Positions 20,698-32,362 of a stretch of 64,000 nucleotides of DNA are shown in pieces (the stretch's first letter is position 1; every line of letters starts with the position of its first letter). Both the position numbers and the translations under genes were made by a program. The stretch lies in assembly GCA_014323865.1 (NCBI GenBank), contig JACONG010000006.1, positions 89,255-153,254 of the forward strand. Direction: 5' to 3'. This stretch comes from Rhodospirillales bacterium. GTDB lineage: Bacteria > Pseudomonadota > Alphaproteobacteria > SP197. The notes under the pieces were generated by a model. That model worked only from the letters and a program-made list of their open reading frames with translations. It was not told the origin of the DNA and did not search any database.

Positions 20698-21288
20698 ATG
20701 CTTGTGCTGATCGATAACTACGACAGCTTCACGTACAACCTCTGGCACTATCTCGGCGAGCTGGGCGCGGAAGCACGTGTTTTCCGCAACGATGCCGTCA
20801 CGATGGACGAGATATTCGCGATGAAGCCCGAAGCCATCGTCATCTCACCGGGACCGTGCGATCCCGATCGCGCCGGAATCTGCCTTAATCTGATCGAGCG
20901 CTGCGCGGCCCAAACCATGCCCGTCTTCGGTGTCTGCCTGGGCCATCAGTCGATCGCCCAGGCGTTCGGCGGGACGATCGAGCGCTCCCCGCTGCCGATG
21001 CACGGCAAGCTGTCGGACGTGAAACACGCCGGCACAGGCGTCTTCAGCCAGATCCCATCCCCGCTGCGGGCGACCCGTTATCACTCGCTGACCATCGCGC
21101 CTGGCACTGTACCCGATTGCCTGGAGATCAACGCGACCTCCGACGACGGCGTCATCATGGGCGTCCGACACAAGGAACTGCCGATCCACGGCGTTCAGTT
21201 CCATCCCGAGAGCATCGAGTCAGAGCACGGCCACGCCATGCTCCGGAACTTCCTGCGCGATGCCAAGATAGTAGCAGGCACCGCATGA
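20698..21288 (+). CDS. trpG: Anthranilate synthase component II (glutamine amidotransferase)
   Basis: MLVLIDNYDSFTYNL, the GVCLGHQ catalytic Cys and HPES. ATGA overlap with trpD. Confidence 0.9.
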   Translation: MLVLIDNYDSFTYNLWHYLGELGAEARVFRNDAVTMDEIFAMKPEAIVISPGPCDPDRAGICLNLIERCAAQTMPVFGVCLGHQSIAQAFGGTIERSPLPMHGKLSDVKHAGTGVFSQIPSPLRATRYHSLTIAPGTVPDCLEINATSDDGVIMGVRHKELPIHGVQFHPESIESEHGHAMLRNFLRDAKIVAGTA

Positions 21289-22316
21289 ACGACGCCCTGC
21301 AGGGCCTGAAGCCTTTCATCACTAAGGCGGCAGCACGACAGCCGCTCGACCTCGCCGAGGCCGACGAGGCGTTCAACATCATCATGTCCGGCGAGGCGAC
21401 ACCGTCGCAGATCGGCGGTTTCCTGATGGCGCTCGCCGTGCGCGGCGAGACGGTCGACGAGATCGCCGGCGGTGCCAAGGCCATGCGCGCCAAGATGCAC
21501 CGAATGTCGGCACCGGCGGGCGCCATGGACATCGTCGGCACCGGCGGCGACGGCATGGGCACACTCAACATCTCGACCGCCACGGCGCTGGTCGTGGCAG
21601 GCTGCGGCGTCACTGTCGCCAAACACGGCAACCGCGCGGCCTCGTCGAAATCGGGTGCTGCAGACGTGCTGTCGATGTCGGGCGTCGATCTCGAGGCCGA
21701 CTACGACGTCGTTCAGCGGGCGATCGACGAGGGCGGTATCGGTTTCATGGTCGCTCCCCGCTACCACAGCGCCATGCGCCACGTGATGCCGAGCCGTGTC
21801 GAACTCGGCGCGCGGACGGTCTTCAACCTGCTGGGACCGCTCAGCAATCCGGCAGAAGTGAAGCTTTATCTGCTCGGTGTCTTCGCCGCACAGTGGGTCG
21901 AACCGATGGCGGAGGTACTGGGCGAGCTCGGTGCCGAGCGCGCCTGGGTCGTCCACAGCGGCGACGGCTGCGACGAACTCACACTCTCGGCCGACAACAC
22001 TGTTGCTGTGCTCGACAAGGGATCGGTCACGATGCACACGGTGCGCGCTGCCGACGCGGGCCTCGCGCCACAACCCTTCGAAACTATTCTCGGCGGCTCG
22101 CCAGAAGAGAACGCCAAGGCTCTCGCCGGTCTGCTGGCAGGCGATCCAGGCACCTATCGCGATACTGTGCTGTTTAACGCCGCTCCGGCGCTCATCGTTG
22201 CGGGCAAGGCCGCCGACCTCGCCGAAGGTGTCGCCCAGGCGGCCCAATCGATCGACAGTGGTGCGGCGCGCGACAAGCTGGCACGGTTGGCGGCGATCAC
22301 CTCGGGTGGAGCCTGA
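21285..22316 (+). CDS. trpD: Anthranilate phosphoribosyltransferase
   Basis: DIVGTGGDG and KHGNRA motifs. The ATG at 21285 overlaps the trpG stop; the ORF extension from 21117 was rejected. Confidence 0.93.
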   Translation: MNDALQGLKPFITKAAARQPLDLAEADEAFNIIMSGEATPSQIGGFLMALAVRGETVDEIAGGAKAMRAKMHRMSAPAGAMDIVGTGGDGMGTLNISTATALVVAGCGVTVAKHGNRAASSKSGAADVLSMSGVDLEADYDVVQRAIDEGGIGFMVAPRYHSAMRHVMPSRVELGARTVFNLLGPLSNPAEVKLYLLGVFAAQWVEPMAEVLGELGAERAWVVHSGDGCDELTLSADNTVAVLDKGSVTMHTVRAADAGLAPQPFETILGGSPEENAKALAGLLAGDPGTYRDTVLFNAAPALIVAGKAADLAEGVAQAAQSIDSGAARDKLARLAAITSGGA

Positions 22317-22322
22317 CTCTCC

Positions 22323-23135
22323 GTGAGCGACATTCTTGAGAAGATCTGTGCCGACAAGCGTCACCATGTCGCGGCCTGCAGGGCGAAGAAGCCGTTGTCA
22401 GCCATCGAGGCTGAGGCACGACAGCGCCCGACGCCTCTCGGTTTCGCCAATGCACTGGCGGAGAAAGCTACCAATGGCTTCGGCCTGATCGCCGAAATCA
22501 AGAAAGCCTCGCCCAGCGCGGGCGAGATCCGGGCCGATTTCAGCCCTGCCCTGATCGCCCGAGCCTACCGGGACGCAGGCGCAGCCTGCCTTTCCGTGCT
22601 GACCGATCAGCCCTACTTCCAAGGTGACGACAGCTACGTTCTCGAAGTCAAGCTTGAATCGAATTTACCATGCCTTCGCAAAGACTTCATGATTGATCCT
22701 TATCAAGTAGTTGAAGCAAAGGCGATCGGCGCCGACTGCATTCTGGTTATCATGGCCGCGGTCGACGACACCCTTGCGAGCGAGCTCTGCGCCGCGGCAG
22801 CAGGGCATGATCTTGATGTCCTGGTCGAGGTGCATGACCAGCCCGAACTCGACCGTGCGCTGACACTTGATGTGCCGCTCATCGGCATCAACAACCGCAA
22901 CCTCAAGACCCTGGCGGTCGATCTTGCGACGACCGAAGCGCTGGCGCCGCTCGTCCCGGGCGATCGCGACGTGGTGTGCGAGAGCGGGCTCAAGACCCAT
23001 GACGACCTGCAGCGCATGGCGGGTGTCGGTATCCGCCGCTTCCTGGTCGGTGAGAGCCTGATGCGCCAGCGCGACATCAAGGCCGCGACGTGCGCCCTGC
23101 TCCATGGCAACGTGGAAGCGCGCGCAGCGTCATGA
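22323..23135 (+). CDS. trpC: Indole-3-glycerol phosphate synthase
   Basis: [10 protein letters not shown] and LTD..YFQG motifs, with a GTG start at 22323. Confidence 0.93.
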   Translation: MSDILEKICADKRHHVAACRAKKPLSAIEAEARQRPTPLGFANALAEKATNGFGLIAEIKKASPSAGEIRADFSPALIARAYRDAGAACLSVLTDQPYFQGDDSYVLEVKLESNLPCLRKDFMIDPYQVVEAKAIGADCILVIMAAVDDTLASELCAAAAGHDLDVLVEVHDQPELDRALTLDVPLIGINNRNLKTLAVDLATTEALAPLVPGDRDVVCESGLKTHDDLQRMAGVGIRRFLVGESLMRQRDIKAATCALLHGNVEARAAS

Positions 23136-23614
23136 GTGACCACCTGACTCATCTCGACGACAAGGGCCGCGCCCGCATGGTCGATGTCTCCGAAAAGGGC
23201 ATCACCGAACGCATCGCCGTGGCCGAAGGCCGCATCACGATGGAACCCGAAACGCTCGCCATGATCGTCGACGGTACCGTGCTCAAGGGCGATGTGCTCG
23301 CGGTCGGGCGGGTTGCCGGCATCATGGCGGCCAAACGGACGCCCGACCTGATCCCGCTCTGCCATCCGCTGAGCCTGTCGTCGGTCACTGTCGATCTCGA
23401 ACCCGATGCCGCTTCGAGCAGCGTCGCCATCCGCGCGACGTGCAAGCTTAAGGGGCGCACCGGAGTCGAGATGGAAGCGCTGACCGCGGTCTCGGCTGCC
23501 GCACTGACGGTCTATGACATGTGCAAGGCCATCGACCGCGACATGACCCTCGGCGAGATCCGCCTGGTTTACAAATCGGGCGGCAAATCAGGCACCTACG
23601 AGCGCACGTCGTGA
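23132..23614 (+). CDS. moaC: Cyclic pyranopterin monophosphate synthase
   Basis: [17 protein letters not shown] and a MoaC core. The ATG at 23132 overlaps the trpC stop (ATGA). Confidence 0.93.
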   Translation: MSDHLTHLDDKGRARMVDVSEKGITERIAVAEGRITMEPETLAMIVDGTVLKGDVLAVGRVAGIMAAKRTPDLIPLCHPLSLSSVTVDLEPDAASSSVAIRATCKLKGRTGVEMEALTAVSAAALTVYDMCKAIDRDMTLGEIRLVYKSGGKSGTYERTS

Positions 23615-24804
23615 TCCCGGTCGCCGAAGCCCGCGCCCGCATCCTCGAGACCTTCACACACCTGCCGGCCGAGCAGATCTCGATCTCGGAGGCCGCGGGG
23701 CGCGTCCTGGCGGCTGGCGTGACATCGCGGGTGACCAAGCCGCCCTATCCGGTCTCAGCGATGGACGGCTATGCCGTACGGGCCGCCGATGTGGCAGCGG
23801 TGCCCGTTGATCTGCGCGTGGTCGGCGAAGCGCCCGCCGGCAGTGCCTATGGTGCCGTTCTCGGGAACGGCGAGGCCGTGCGCATCTTTACCGGCGGGCC
23901 CGTTCCCGACGGTGCAGATGCCATCGTCATTCAAGAAAACACGACGCGCGATGGTGAGATCGTGACCATCAACACGAGCGCTGCCGAGGGTCTTTATGTT
24001 CGCCGCAAGGGGCTCGACTTCACCGTGGGCGATCCCGGGCCGACGGCCGGACGACGCCTCGGGCCACGCGAGATCGCGCTGATCGCAGCCATGAATGTGC
24101 CGTGGCTCAAGGTCACCCGGCGCCCGCGGGTAGCCATCGTCGGCACCGGCGACGAGATCGTGATGCCGGGCGAACCCCTGGGTCCGAACCAGATCGTCAG
24201 CTCAAACTCGCTGGCGCTGGCCGCGATCGTCGCCGAGGCCGGCGGCGAACCAGTGAACCTCGGGATCGCGACCGACGACGAGGACGCCTTGCGCGAGATC
24301 GTGCACGGCGCAGCCCGTGCGGATCTTTTCGTCATCACCGGCGGCATATCGGTCGGTGAGCATGACCTCGTCCGCGCTGTGCTCGCCGAAGAAGGGCTCG
24401 ATCTCGATTTCTGGAAGATCGCCATGCGACCCGGCAAACCGCTCGCTTTCGGCATGCTCGGCGCGACGCCGATGCTGGGTTTTCCGGGCAATCCGGTCTC
24501 GGCCCTAGTCTGCGGCCATCTGTTCCTGCGTCCCGCTATCGGCGCCATGCTGGGCGAATCCGAGGCGGACGGTGGCACGGATCACGCCGTGCTCGGCGAG
24601 GGTCTGGGGGCCAACGACGAACGTCAGGACTACATGCGCGCAACGCTCGCACGCGGGGAAACCGGCGACTTCGTCGCCACGCCCTTCAGCCGGCAGGATA
24701 GCTCGATGTTGGCAACGCTGGCCGCCGCCTCCTGCCTGATCGTGCGCCCTCCTCATGCACTGCCAGCCCTTGCAGGAGAACGAGTCGAGATCATCCGATT
24801 CTAA
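23611..24804 (+). CDS. moeA: Molybdopterin molybdotransferase
   Basis: [10 protein letters not shown] motif and a MoeA domain pattern. The GTG at 23611 overlaps the moaC stop (GTGA). Confidence 0.9.
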   Translation: MIPVAEARARILETFTHLPAEQISISEAAGRVLAAGVTSRVTKPPYPVSAMDGYAVRAADVAAVPVDLRVVGEAPAGSAYGAVLGNGEAVRIFTGGPVPDGADAIVIQENTTRDGEIVTINTSAAEGLYVRRKGLDFTVGDPGPTAGRRLGPREIALIAAMNVPWLKVTRRPRVAIVGTGDEIVMPGEPLGPNQIVSSNSLALAAIVAEAGGEPVNLGIATDDEDALREIVHGAARADLFVITGGISVGEHDLVRAVLAEEGLDLDFWKIAMRPGKPLAFGMLGATPMLGFPGNPVSALVCGHLFLRPAIGAMLGESEADGGTDHAVLGEGLGANDERQDYMRATLARGETGDFVATPFSRQDSSMLATLAAASCLIVRPPHALPALAGERVEIIRF

Positions 24805-24858
24805 GGCCCCCAACAGGCGAAACATTGCCGACCGAATCGGTACAATCCGGCAACACGG

Positions 24859-24887
24859 TTGACACAAAGCCCGAATTTTACTAGAAT
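24859..24887 (+). promoter_or_regulatory. Putative sigma-70 promoter of lexA: TTGACA, 17-nt spacer, TAGAAT
   Basis: Read directly: TTGACA at 24859-24864, a 17-nt spacer, and TAGAAT at 24882-24887, about 49 nt upstream of the lexA ATG. There is no experimental support. Confidence 0.5.
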
Positions 24888-24935
24888 ATGTGACGAAGTT
24901 ATCGTTCTTCTCTATATTTTGTGGGGGATAGCGAC

Positions 24936-25625
24936 ATGTTGACCCGGAAGCAGCAGGAACTCCTGCTCTACATCAACGCTAGGCTTGGCGAGGACGGCGT
25001 CTCGCCCTCCTTCGACGAGATGAAAGACGCTGCGGGCCTGAAGTCGAAGTCGGGCATACATCGCCTGATCATAGCGCTTGAGGAGCGCGGGTTCATCCAC
25101 CGCCTGCCCCACCGCGCCCGCGCACTCGAGGTGCTCAAACTGCCGCCCGGTGTCGAAGGCGATGTTGCCACGCTGAGCGTGATCAACGGTGCGCGCGACG
25201 ATGGGATCGGCGAGAGCACCGTACCGGCCGGGGTCAACGACAACACGATCTCGCTCGCACTTCACGGCAAGATTGCCGCCGGCACGCCGATCGAAGCCCT
25301 GAGCAATCCCAGCCAGAGCGTTGATGTGCCTGCCGCCATGGTCGGCAATCGGGACTGCTATGCTCTGGAAATCGAGGGCGACTCGATGATCGAGGTCGGC
25401 ATCCTTGATGGCGACACCGTTGTCGTGGAACGTGGCGAGACTGCCGAGAACGGCATGGTTGTCGTTGCCCTGATCGACAATCAGGAAGCCACGCTCAAGC
25501 GCCTGCGCCGCAAGGGCGATTCGGTCGCGCTGGAACCTGCCAACGCTGCCTATGAAACCCGCATCTTCAGTCCCGACCGGGTCAAGGTGCAGGGCCGCCT
25601 GATCGGCTTGCTGCGGCGCTACTGA
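24936..25625 (+). CDS. lexA: LexA repressor
   Basis: [13 protein letters not shown] wHTH, the Ala-Gly cleavage site (IAAGTPIEA), and the Ser/Lys dyad context (GDSMIE, LKRL). G-rich SD 7 nt upstream of the ATG at 24936. Confidence 0.93.
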   Translation: MLTRKQQELLLYINARLGEDGVSPSFDEMKDAAGLKSKSGIHRLIIALEERGFIHRLPHRARALEVLKLPPGVEGDVATLSVINGARDDGIGESTVPAGVNDNTISLALHGKIAAGTPIEALSNPSQSVDVPAAMVGNRDCYALEIEGDSMIEVGILDGDTVVVERGETAENGMVVVALIDNQEATLKRLRRKGDSVALEPANAAYETRIFSPDRVKVQGRLIGLLRRY

Positions 25626-27769
25626 GACGACACGGTGGACGCCCAAGGGCGCTCACCACGATCTTCTGTGACAGTTCTGATCCGAACGGCGTTTCGGTCG
25701 ATCCAGATGGCATGCGTGCCATGCCGCCAGAGATCGAAGCGGTCGATCACACCAAGCACGGACGGGCAGTCGCGATGGATCGGAACGAGGCTGATCACAA
25801 AACCTGCGACCCCACAGTCGTCGGCCAAGGCCGCCACACCGTGTTCAACAGCGACGGTGACGTTGTCCCTATCGGGCGGACGATAAAGACAGCCCAGACT
25901 GTCACAGCGCAGCCGCCCGTTGGCAAGCGCCTGACCGCTGGTTGGCCATGCGACCGCATCGGGTTGTCCCAGCATGGTCAACCATGAATCACGCATGAAT
26001 CCGGATCGTCGCAGCGTGGAGAACGCTGTTTCCCCGTCACCGAGGCGCACCGCGACAAGGCTCGCATCATCGGCGACGAGGATGTCGGGCGGCCGCTGCA
26101 CCACGGTCAGGACCAGCGCCACAGCGATCGGCACAATCCCGAGAAGCCGCACGCGGCGACGCCAAACCGCGAGCCAGACCAGACCGGTCCCGAACAGTAA
26201 CGCCAGCCAGGCCGGCGCCGCCGAGATCGTGATCTGGCTTCCCGGTAGCGCCGTCGTCTCGGCTGCCGCCCAGACGATGACCTCGATTCCCCATCCCATC
26301 GGCACCAACGCCAGATGTTCAAGTCCGAAGGGCATGAGCAGTAGTGAGAGAAGGCCGAGCGGCATCACCCAGAACGCCGTCACAGGGACGGCGATCAGGT
26401 TGGCGAGATTGCCGAAGGTGGCGATCCGGCCGAAGTGAATCAGAACCAACGGCGACGTTGCGAGTGAGGCCACGAGCGTGGTGAGCAGAACGCTCCCAAA
26501 GTAAAGCGTAAGCTGCGCGAACGGCCCTTCGGACACACGCCAGCGCGGCCATCGATCGCGCAGAGCCTCATAGACGGCGACCAGCGCCACCACGGCGGCG
26601 AAGGAAAACTGGAAGCTGGCACTGGTGACGACATGGGGCGACAGCACCATCACCGCGATGGCTGCCAGCGCAACCAGCCGCAAGGAGATCGCCTGTCGTC
26701 CGATCGCCACGGCCAGCAGCACGAGCGCCGTCATCAGAAATGCTCGCTGGGTCGGGACAGTTCCGCCGCTGATCATGAGGTAGAGGAGGGCACCGATGAA
26801 CGCGACCAGTGCGGTCCAGGTCTTGATCGGGGCGCGCAGCGCCACCGGCTCGACCGCGGCCAGAACCGCCCGCACGACAAAGAAGATGATCGCAGTCACG
26901 AGCCCCAGATGAAGGCCTGAGATCGCCAGGAGGTGGGCGAGACCGGCCGCGCGGATCGTCTCCAGGACATCCCTGTCGATTGCACCTCTTTGGCCCGTCA
27001 GGAGCGCAGCGGCGATGCCGTTCTCGGGCCCAGGCAGGGCAGCGAGGATCCTCGTTGTCGCTTCCGCACGGACCGCTTCCACCCACGTACGTGCAAGGAC
27101 AAGAGGACCCGGCTGACCGGAGGCAGCGGTCTCGACGGCCTCAAGCGGCCCGACGGCATAACCCACGCCCCCGATGCGATCGAAGAAGGCCTCACGCGCG
27201 AAGTCGAAGCCGCCGGGATAGGTCGGCAGTGACGGCGGGCCAAGAATAGCCAGGATCTGTACTCGCTCACCCGGAATCGGCTCGATGACGCTATGCGTTC
27301 TGATGGAGATACGCACGCGCTCCGGCATGGCCTCTGGATCGATCCAGGGGATCGCAGGATCACGCAACACGATACGAACGCCAGTTTGACGCGCTTCGAC
27401 GGACTGGATCATGCCCTCAACCATGCGCGGCCCGATCTCGCCGGCAAGGATCGGCGCCTCGGCCCGCCAAGTCTCGAACTGCGCCAAGGCGAAGCCGGTC
27501 GAGACGAGAGCCAATGCACACCAGATCGCACGCGGCCAGAAGCGTCGGTGCGACATCATCGCAAGGGCAGCAGCGACAAGCGCAAGCGGCAACGCTGCCA
27601 GTGCCCAGGGTTCGATCGGTAACGCGAAGTAGAGCGCGATCCCCAGAATCAATCCCAGTGGCGACAGAAGAATCCAGCGTTCCCGTTCGGCCGGATCAGC
27701 CAGTGCCATGACCATTCCCAGATCGCGGTTGCATGCGTCTCGCCATCCACCCCATAAGAGCGTGATCAT
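25619..27769 (-). CDS. comEC: ComEC/Rec2-family DNA internalisation channel protein
   Basis: Polytopic membrane protein with the [13 protein letters not shown] motif and a C-terminal MBL-like domain. The start is uncertain: TTG 27802 or ATG 27769 or 27715. Its 3' end overlaps the lexA 3' end by 7 nt. Confidence 0.85.
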   Translation of the reverse strand: MITLLWGGWRDACNRDLGMVMALADPAERERWILLSPLGLILGIALYFALPIEPWALAALPLALVAAALAMMSHRRFWPRAIWCALALVSTGFALAQFETWRAEAPILAGEIGPRMVEGMIQSVEARQTGVRIVLRDPAIPWIDPEAMPERVRISIRTHSVIEPIPGERVQILAILGPPSLPTYPGGFDFAREAFFDRIGGVGYAVGPLEAVETAASGQPGPLVLARTWVEAVRAEATTRILAALPGPENGIAAALLTGQRGAIDRDVLETIRAAGLAHLLAISGLHLGLVTAIIFFVVRAVLAAVEPVALRAPIKTWTALVAFIGALLYLMISGGTVPTQRAFLMTALVLLAVAIGRQAISLRLVALAAIAVMVLSPHVVTSASFQFSFAAVVALVAVYEALRDRWPRWRVSEGPFAQLTLYFGSVLLTTLVASLATSPLVLIHFGRIATFGNLANLIAVPVTAFWVMPLGLLSLLLMPFGLEHLALVPMGWGIEVIVWAAAETTALPGSQITISAAPAWLALLFGTGLVWLAVWRRRVRLLGIVPIAVALVLTVVQRPPDILVADDASLVAVRLGDGETAFSTLRRSGFMRDSWLTMLGQPDAVAWPTSGQALANGRLRCDSLGCLYRPPDRDNVTVAVEHGVAALADDCGVAGFVISLVPIHRDCPSVLGVIDRFDLWRHGTHAIWIDRNAVRIRTVTEDRGERPWASTVSSQ

Positions 27770-27844
27770 AGGCCCGCTGCTCGGTTTGTCCTGCACGGGC
27801 AATTTGCTAAAGAGCCGCCATCGTCAGCCCGTCCGGACAACGCA

Positions 27845-29254
27845 ATGACCGTCGTGACCCGTTTCGCCCCCTCGCCTACCGGTTTCCTGCACATCGGCGG
27901 TGCGCGCACGGCGCTATTCAACTGGCTTTACGCCCGTCACACCAGTGGCAAGTTCCTGCTGAGGATTGAGGATACCGATCGCAAGCGCTCCACCAAAGAA
28001 GCGACCGACGCGATCTTCGACAGCATGCGCTGGCTGGGGCTGGACTGGGACGACGAGCCGATATACCAGTCCAATCGCGCCGGGCGTCACGCCGAGATGG
28101 CCCGCAGCCTGCTTGAGGCCGGCAAGGCTTACCACTGCTACTGCACGCCCGACGAACTGACGGCCATGCGCGAAGAGGCCCGCACCGAGGGGCGTCCCGT
28201 ACGTTATGACGGCACCTGGCGCGATCGCGATCCCTCGGAGGCGCCCGTCGGTGTGGCACCCGTCATCCGGCTCAAGGCCCCCCAGGAGGGAGATACGGTC
28301 ATTCGCGATGCGGTGCTGGGCGACATTACGATCGCCAATGCCCAGCTTGACGACATGATCCTGCTGCGTTCGGACGAAACGCCGACCTACATGCTGGCGG
28401 TAGTCGTGGACGATCACGACATGGGCGTCACCCATGTCATCCGCGGCTACGACCACCTGACCAATACGACACGCCAGATGCAGCTGTTCGAAGCGCTCGG
28501 ATGGGTCGTGCCCACATTTGCCCATATCCCGCTGATTCACGGGCCAGACGGCACCAAACTCTCCAAGCGTCGCGCCGCGGTGGGTGCCGAGGCCTATCGC
28601 GACCTCGGCTTTCTCCCCGAAGCCATGCAAAACTACCTGCTGCGTCTCGGCTGGGCGCACGGTGACGACGAGATCATCTCGCTCGAGCAGGCTGTTGCCT
28701 GGTTCGATTTCGACGGGATCGGCAAATCGCCAGCGCGATTCGATATGGACAAGCTCACGGCGCTCAACCTGCACTATCTCAAGCAGGCAGACGACCGGCG
28801 CTTGGCAGTACTCGCAGCCCAGCACCTGGCGCCGAACCTCGGGTACGCGCTGTCGGACGGTCAGATCGCTCTGCTGGAACGAGCGATGCCATTGATGAAA
28901 GAACGTGCGAAAACATTGGTGGAACTTGCCGAAAACGCAGAGTTTTTCTTCAAGACTCGGCCGCTCGCGTTCGACGCCAAGGCCCAGAAGGTGTTGAAGC
29001 CAGACGCTATCGCGCTGCTCGCTGAACTGAAAGAGGAGCTCGCCGCCTCGACTGCGTGGGATGCGGAGGCCCTGGAAGTGCTGGTCCGCGCGTTCGCCGA
29101 CGCCCGCGAACTCCACCTCGGCAAGGTGGCACAGCCGATCCGGGCCGCGGTGACCGGCGGAACGATTTCACCGCCGATTTTTGACGTTGTCGCCCTGTTC
29201 GGCCGGGATGAGAGCCTCGCACGGCTGGATGAGGCGATCGCGGTATTCTCCTGA
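27845..29254 (+). CDS. gltX: Glutamate--tRNA ligase
   Basis: [12 protein letters not shown] (HIGH) and KLSKR (KMSKS) motifs. Confidence 0.95.
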   Translation: MTVVTRFAPSPTGFLHIGGARTALFNWLYARHTSGKFLLRIEDTDRKRSTKEATDAIFDSMRWLGLDWDDEPIYQSNRAGRHAEMARSLLEAGKAYHCYCTPDELTAMREEARTEGRPVRYDGTWRDRDPSEAPVGVAPVIRLKAPQEGDTVIRDAVLGDITIANAQLDDMILLRSDETPTYMLAVVVDDHDMGVTHVIRGYDHLTNTTRQMQLFEALGWVVPTFAHIPLIHGPDGTKLSKRRAAVGAEAYRDLGFLPEAMQNYLLRLGWAHGDDEIISLEQAVAWFDFDGIGKSPARFDMDKLTALNLHYLKQADDRRLAVLAAQHLAPNLGYALSDGQIALLERAMPLMKERAKTLVELAENAEFFFKTRPLAFDAKAQKVLKPDAIALLAELKEELAASTAWDAEALEVLVRAFADARELHLGKVAQPIRAAVTGGTISPPIFDVVALFGRDESLARLDEAIAVFS

Positions 29255-29402
29255 CATGGAGAATTCACAAGCGTATCAGGTCGCTTGATTTGCGCGATTT
29301 CAGCCATTTCGGCTAGATTGCAGAAAATAAGGTGGCCACCGTGACCTGTCGCACGCAGCAGGCCGATCCGCCACAACAACAAACCTACGGAGGAAGCGCC
29401 AC

Positions 29403-30743
29403 ATGACGCTTGTACGCGCCGTTCCCGCGCCGGACGGACCCAACAAAGTCAAGACGGTCAAACTGGTCGATAGCGATAACGGTGAAGACCTCGCCGAACT
29501 GCCGGTGCTCACCGGCAGCGTCGGCTCCGACGTTATCGACGTGCGTACGCTTTACGGCCAGACCGGGATGTTCACCTACGACCCCGGCTATACCGCTACG
29601 GCAAGCTGCGAATCCAAGATCACCTACATCGACGGCGACCAAGGCGAGCTGGGTTATCGCGGCATTCCGATCGAACAGCTCGCCGAGCATTCGGACTTCC
29701 TTGAGGTCTGTCACCTACTGCTCTACGGAGAGCTTCCGACGGTCGACCAGAAGACCAAGTTCGAAAAGGACGTCACCTATCATACGATGCTGCACGAGCA
29801 GATCAACTTCCTGTTCCGCGGCTTCCGGCGCGATGCACATCCGATGGCTCTCATGGTCGGTGTCGTTGGCGCGCTTTCGGCGTTCTATTCGGACAGTTCG
29901 GATGTCGAAGACCCCGAGCAGCGGGCCATCGCGTCCTATCGCCTGATTGCGAAGATGCCGACGATCGCGGCCATGGCCTACAAGTGGTCGATCGGGCAGC
30001 CGTTCGTCTATCCACGCAACGATCTTGATTACGCAGAGAACTTCCTTCATATGATGTTTGCGGTTCCGTGCGAGCCTTACCAGGTGAACCCCGTTCTTGC
30101 GCGCGCGATGGACCTGATCCTCATCCTACACGCCGATCACGAGCAGAACGCGTCGACCTCGACGGTCCGGCTCGCCGGCTCGTCGGGTGCCAATCCCTTT
30201 GCATGCATCTCGGCGGGCGTCGCCTGCCTCTGGGGCCCCGCTCACGGTGGCGCCAACGAGGCTGTGCTCAAGATGCTCGAAGAGATCGACTCCTACGACC
30301 ACATCCCGGAGTTCCTGGAGCGTGCGAAGGACAAGGACGATCCGTTCCGCTTGATGGGCTTCGGTCATCGGGTCTACAAGAACTACGATCCCCGCGCGAA
30401 GATCATGCGCAAGACCTGCCACCAAGTGCTCGACGAGCTCGGCGCACACAACGAGCAGCACCTGAAGATCGCGATGGAGCTGGAGAAGATCGCGCTCGAC
30501 GACCCCTACTTCGTCGAACGTAACCTCTATCCCAACGTCGACTTCTATTCCGGCATCATCCTGCGGGCGATGGGAATTCCGCGCCGCCTGTTCACGGCCG
30601 TGTTCGCCGTGGCACGCACGATCGGCTGGATCGCTCAATGGAGCGAAATGCACACCGATCCGTCGCAGAAGATCGGACGTCCGCGCCAAGTCTATACCGG
30701 CGAACGGGCACGCGACTACGTGCCGATCGACCAGCGCGACTGA
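29403..30743 (+). CDS. gltA: Citrate synthase (type II)
   Basis: [13 protein letters not shown] and [10 protein letters not shown] motifs. GGAGGAAG lies 6 nt upstream of the ATG. Confidence 0.95.
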   Translation: MTLVRAVPAPDGPNKVKTVKLVDSDNGEDLAELPVLTGSVGSDVIDVRTLYGQTGMFTYDPGYTATASCESKITYIDGDQGELGYRGIPIEQLAEHSDFLEVCHLLLYGELPTVDQKTKFEKDVTYHTMLHEQINFLFRGFRRDAHPMALMVGVVGALSAFYSDSSDVEDPEQRAIASYRLIAKMPTIAAMAYKWSIGQPFVYPRNDLDYAENFLHMMFAVPCEPYQVNPVLARAMDLILILHADHEQNASTSTVRLAGSSGANPFACISAGVACLWGPAHGGANEAVLKMLEEIDSYDHIPEFLERAKDKDDPFRLMGFGHRVYKNYDPRAKIMRKTCHQVLDELGAHNEQHLKIAMELEKIALDDPYFVERNLYPNVDFYSGIILRAMGIPRRLFTAVFAVARTIGWIAQWSEMHTDPSQKIGRPRQVYTGERARDYVPIDQRD

Positions 30744-30772
30744 TCGCGGAACAAGAAAAAAGAGACAGAGCA

Positions 30773-31192
30773 ATGAAGTACCTCCACACCATGGTCCGCG
30801 TGAAGGATGTCGATGCCTCGCTCGACTTCTACTGCAACAAACTCGGGCTAACCGAACAAAAGCGCTACGACAGCGAAGCCGGTCGATTCACGCTGATCTT
30901 CCTCGGCGCCAACGAGAACCCGGAGTCGCAGATCGAGCTGACCTATAACTGGGATCCCCAAGATTACAACGACGGGCGCAACTTCGGCCACCTCGCCTAC
31001 GAGGTCGACGACATCTACGCGCTCTGCCAGAAGCTTATGGATGGCGGCGTGACCATCAATCGTCCGCCGCGCGACGGCCACATGGCCTTCGTCCGCTCGC
31101 CCGACGGGATTTCCGTCGAACTCCTGCAGAAGGGCAAGTCCCTACCGCCGCAGGAACCTTGGGCATCCATGGAGAACACCGGCTCCTGGTAA
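30773..31192 (+). CDS. gloA: Lactoylglutathione lyase (glyoxalase I, VOC family)
   Basis: MKYLHTMVRVKDVDASLDFY...FGHLAY...VELLQ. Start trimmed to the ATG at 30773. Confidence 0.85.
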   Translation: MKYLHTMVRVKDVDASLDFYCNKLGLTEQKRYDSEAGRFTLIFLGANENPESQIELTYNWDPQDYNDGRNFGHLAYEVDDIYALCQKLMDGGVTINRPPRDGHMAFVRSPDGISVELLQKGKSLPPQEPWASMENTGSW

Positions 31193-31207
31193 GGAGTCGG
31201 GCCGTTT

Positions 31208-32362
31208 CTAAGTCGTCACCCGCTTGAGCACGTAGCGGGTGAAATCGAGGTTTTCCTTTTCGAGCCAGCTCAACGGTCCCGGCTCGGCAAGTGGTGCCTG
31301 TACGCCCTCGAATAGCCCTTCGACCACGCCCCGGTCCTCGTCGTTGGTCTGATCGAGGAAGGTCTTGGCTTCCCTGATTCGCGCTTTGAGCTTGCCCTTC
31401 TCGGCCATAATCTCGGGCGCAAACGCGAGGCCGTAGCGAATGTCGATGGCACCGGGGTTAATTGGCTGCAGGCTGAGATACCAGAGGTGGTCGGGTGCCA
31501 GGACGAACATGTGGCAGGGATAGACCGTGCCCAGCAGGGAGGTGCGCCGCATGTCGCCCTCAAGCCGGGTGTTCTTGCGGTGGGCGGTGCCGACCGGCGC
31601 TTCCTCGGTCTTGGTGAACCACTGGAAGGTGAAGCTATCGTCGGCCTTGCCAGCGCCGAACTGCGTGTCCTCGACCGGAAAATAGGCACCGACAGTGCGC
31701 CTGTGGGTCACAGGCAGATGGTAGCCCTCCATGAAGTTTTCGCAGAGCAGCTTCCAGTTGGTATTCCAAACGTGGTTCTGGTGATCGACCTCGACATAGT
31801 CGCCCGCACCGTAGTCGGCGATGATCGCATTGAGCTTACTGAGCTTGCGCGCGGGCGGCGCGATGCGCGGGTTCAGCGTGACATAGATCCAGCCGTGCCA
31901 GATCTCGCAGCGCACTTCGGGCAACTGAACCTTGCCGGCATCGAACCGGTTGGTCCTCTCCATGTGTTTGGCGGCGACCAACTGGCCGTCGATGTCATAG
32001 GTCCAAGCGTGATAGGGGCAGACGATACGGCGGCAGCTTCCCTGCCCGTTCAGCAGCTTCATCATGCGGTGACGGCAGACGTTCGACATCGCCTTGAGCG
32101 AACCGTCCTTCTGGCGCATCACGATGATCGGCTGTGCGCCGATCCGATAGGTCAGGTAGTCGCCCGGCCTGGGAATGGACTCGGCGCGACCAGCGCAGAG
32201 CCACTCACGACCGAAGACACGGTCTGTCTCGAGCTCATGGAACGCTTGAGAGGTGTAGACCTCCTTGGGCATTGTGAGCGCGTTGGGCAGGTTCTTCCTC
32301 GCGTGGGCCGAGAGCTTGGTGATAATTGCCTTGGTTTCAGCGTTCAAGCGGACAGCTGTCAT
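31208..32362 (-). CDS. Rieske [2Fe-2S] non-heme-iron oxygenase, alpha-subunit-like
   Basis: Rieske motif CRHRMMKL...CPYHAWTY, a mononuclear iron motif (EGYHLPVTH) and a later acidic region. No reductase or ferredoxin gene is adjacent. Confidence 0.85.
   Translation of the reverse strand: MTAVRLNAETKAIITKLSAHARKNLPNALTMPKEVYTSQAFHELETDRVFGREWLCAGRAESIPRPGDYLTYRIGAQPIIVMRQKDGSLKAMSNVCRHRMMKLLNGQGSCRRIVCPYHAWTYDIDGQLVAAKHMERTNRFDAGKVQLPEVRCEIWHGWIYVTLNPRIAPPARKLSKLNAIIADYGAGDYVEVDHQNHVWNTNWKLLCENFMEGYHLPVTHRRTVGAYFPVEDTQFGAGKADDSFTFQWFTKTEEAPVGTAHRKNTRLEGDMRRTSLLGTVYPCHMFVLAPDHLWYLSLQPINPGAIDIRYGLAFAPEIMAEKGKLKARIREAKTFLDQTNDEDRGVVEGLFEGVQAPLAEPGPLSWLEKENLDFTRYVLKRVTT

Noticed and set aside
15868-22367. 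Long antisense ORFs 15868..16815, 18206..19669, 19560..20717 and 21195..22367
   Set aside because: Same reasoning: they lie opposite the ppiD-like gene, trpE, the YibQ-like gene and trpD, and their low-complexity translations show no family motifs.
29331-29340. Perfect 10-bp palindrome GGTGGCCACC upstream of gltA
   Set aside because: A single 5-bp-arm palindrome in a 148-nt intergenic region is reasonably likely by chance. I know of no regulator motif it matches.
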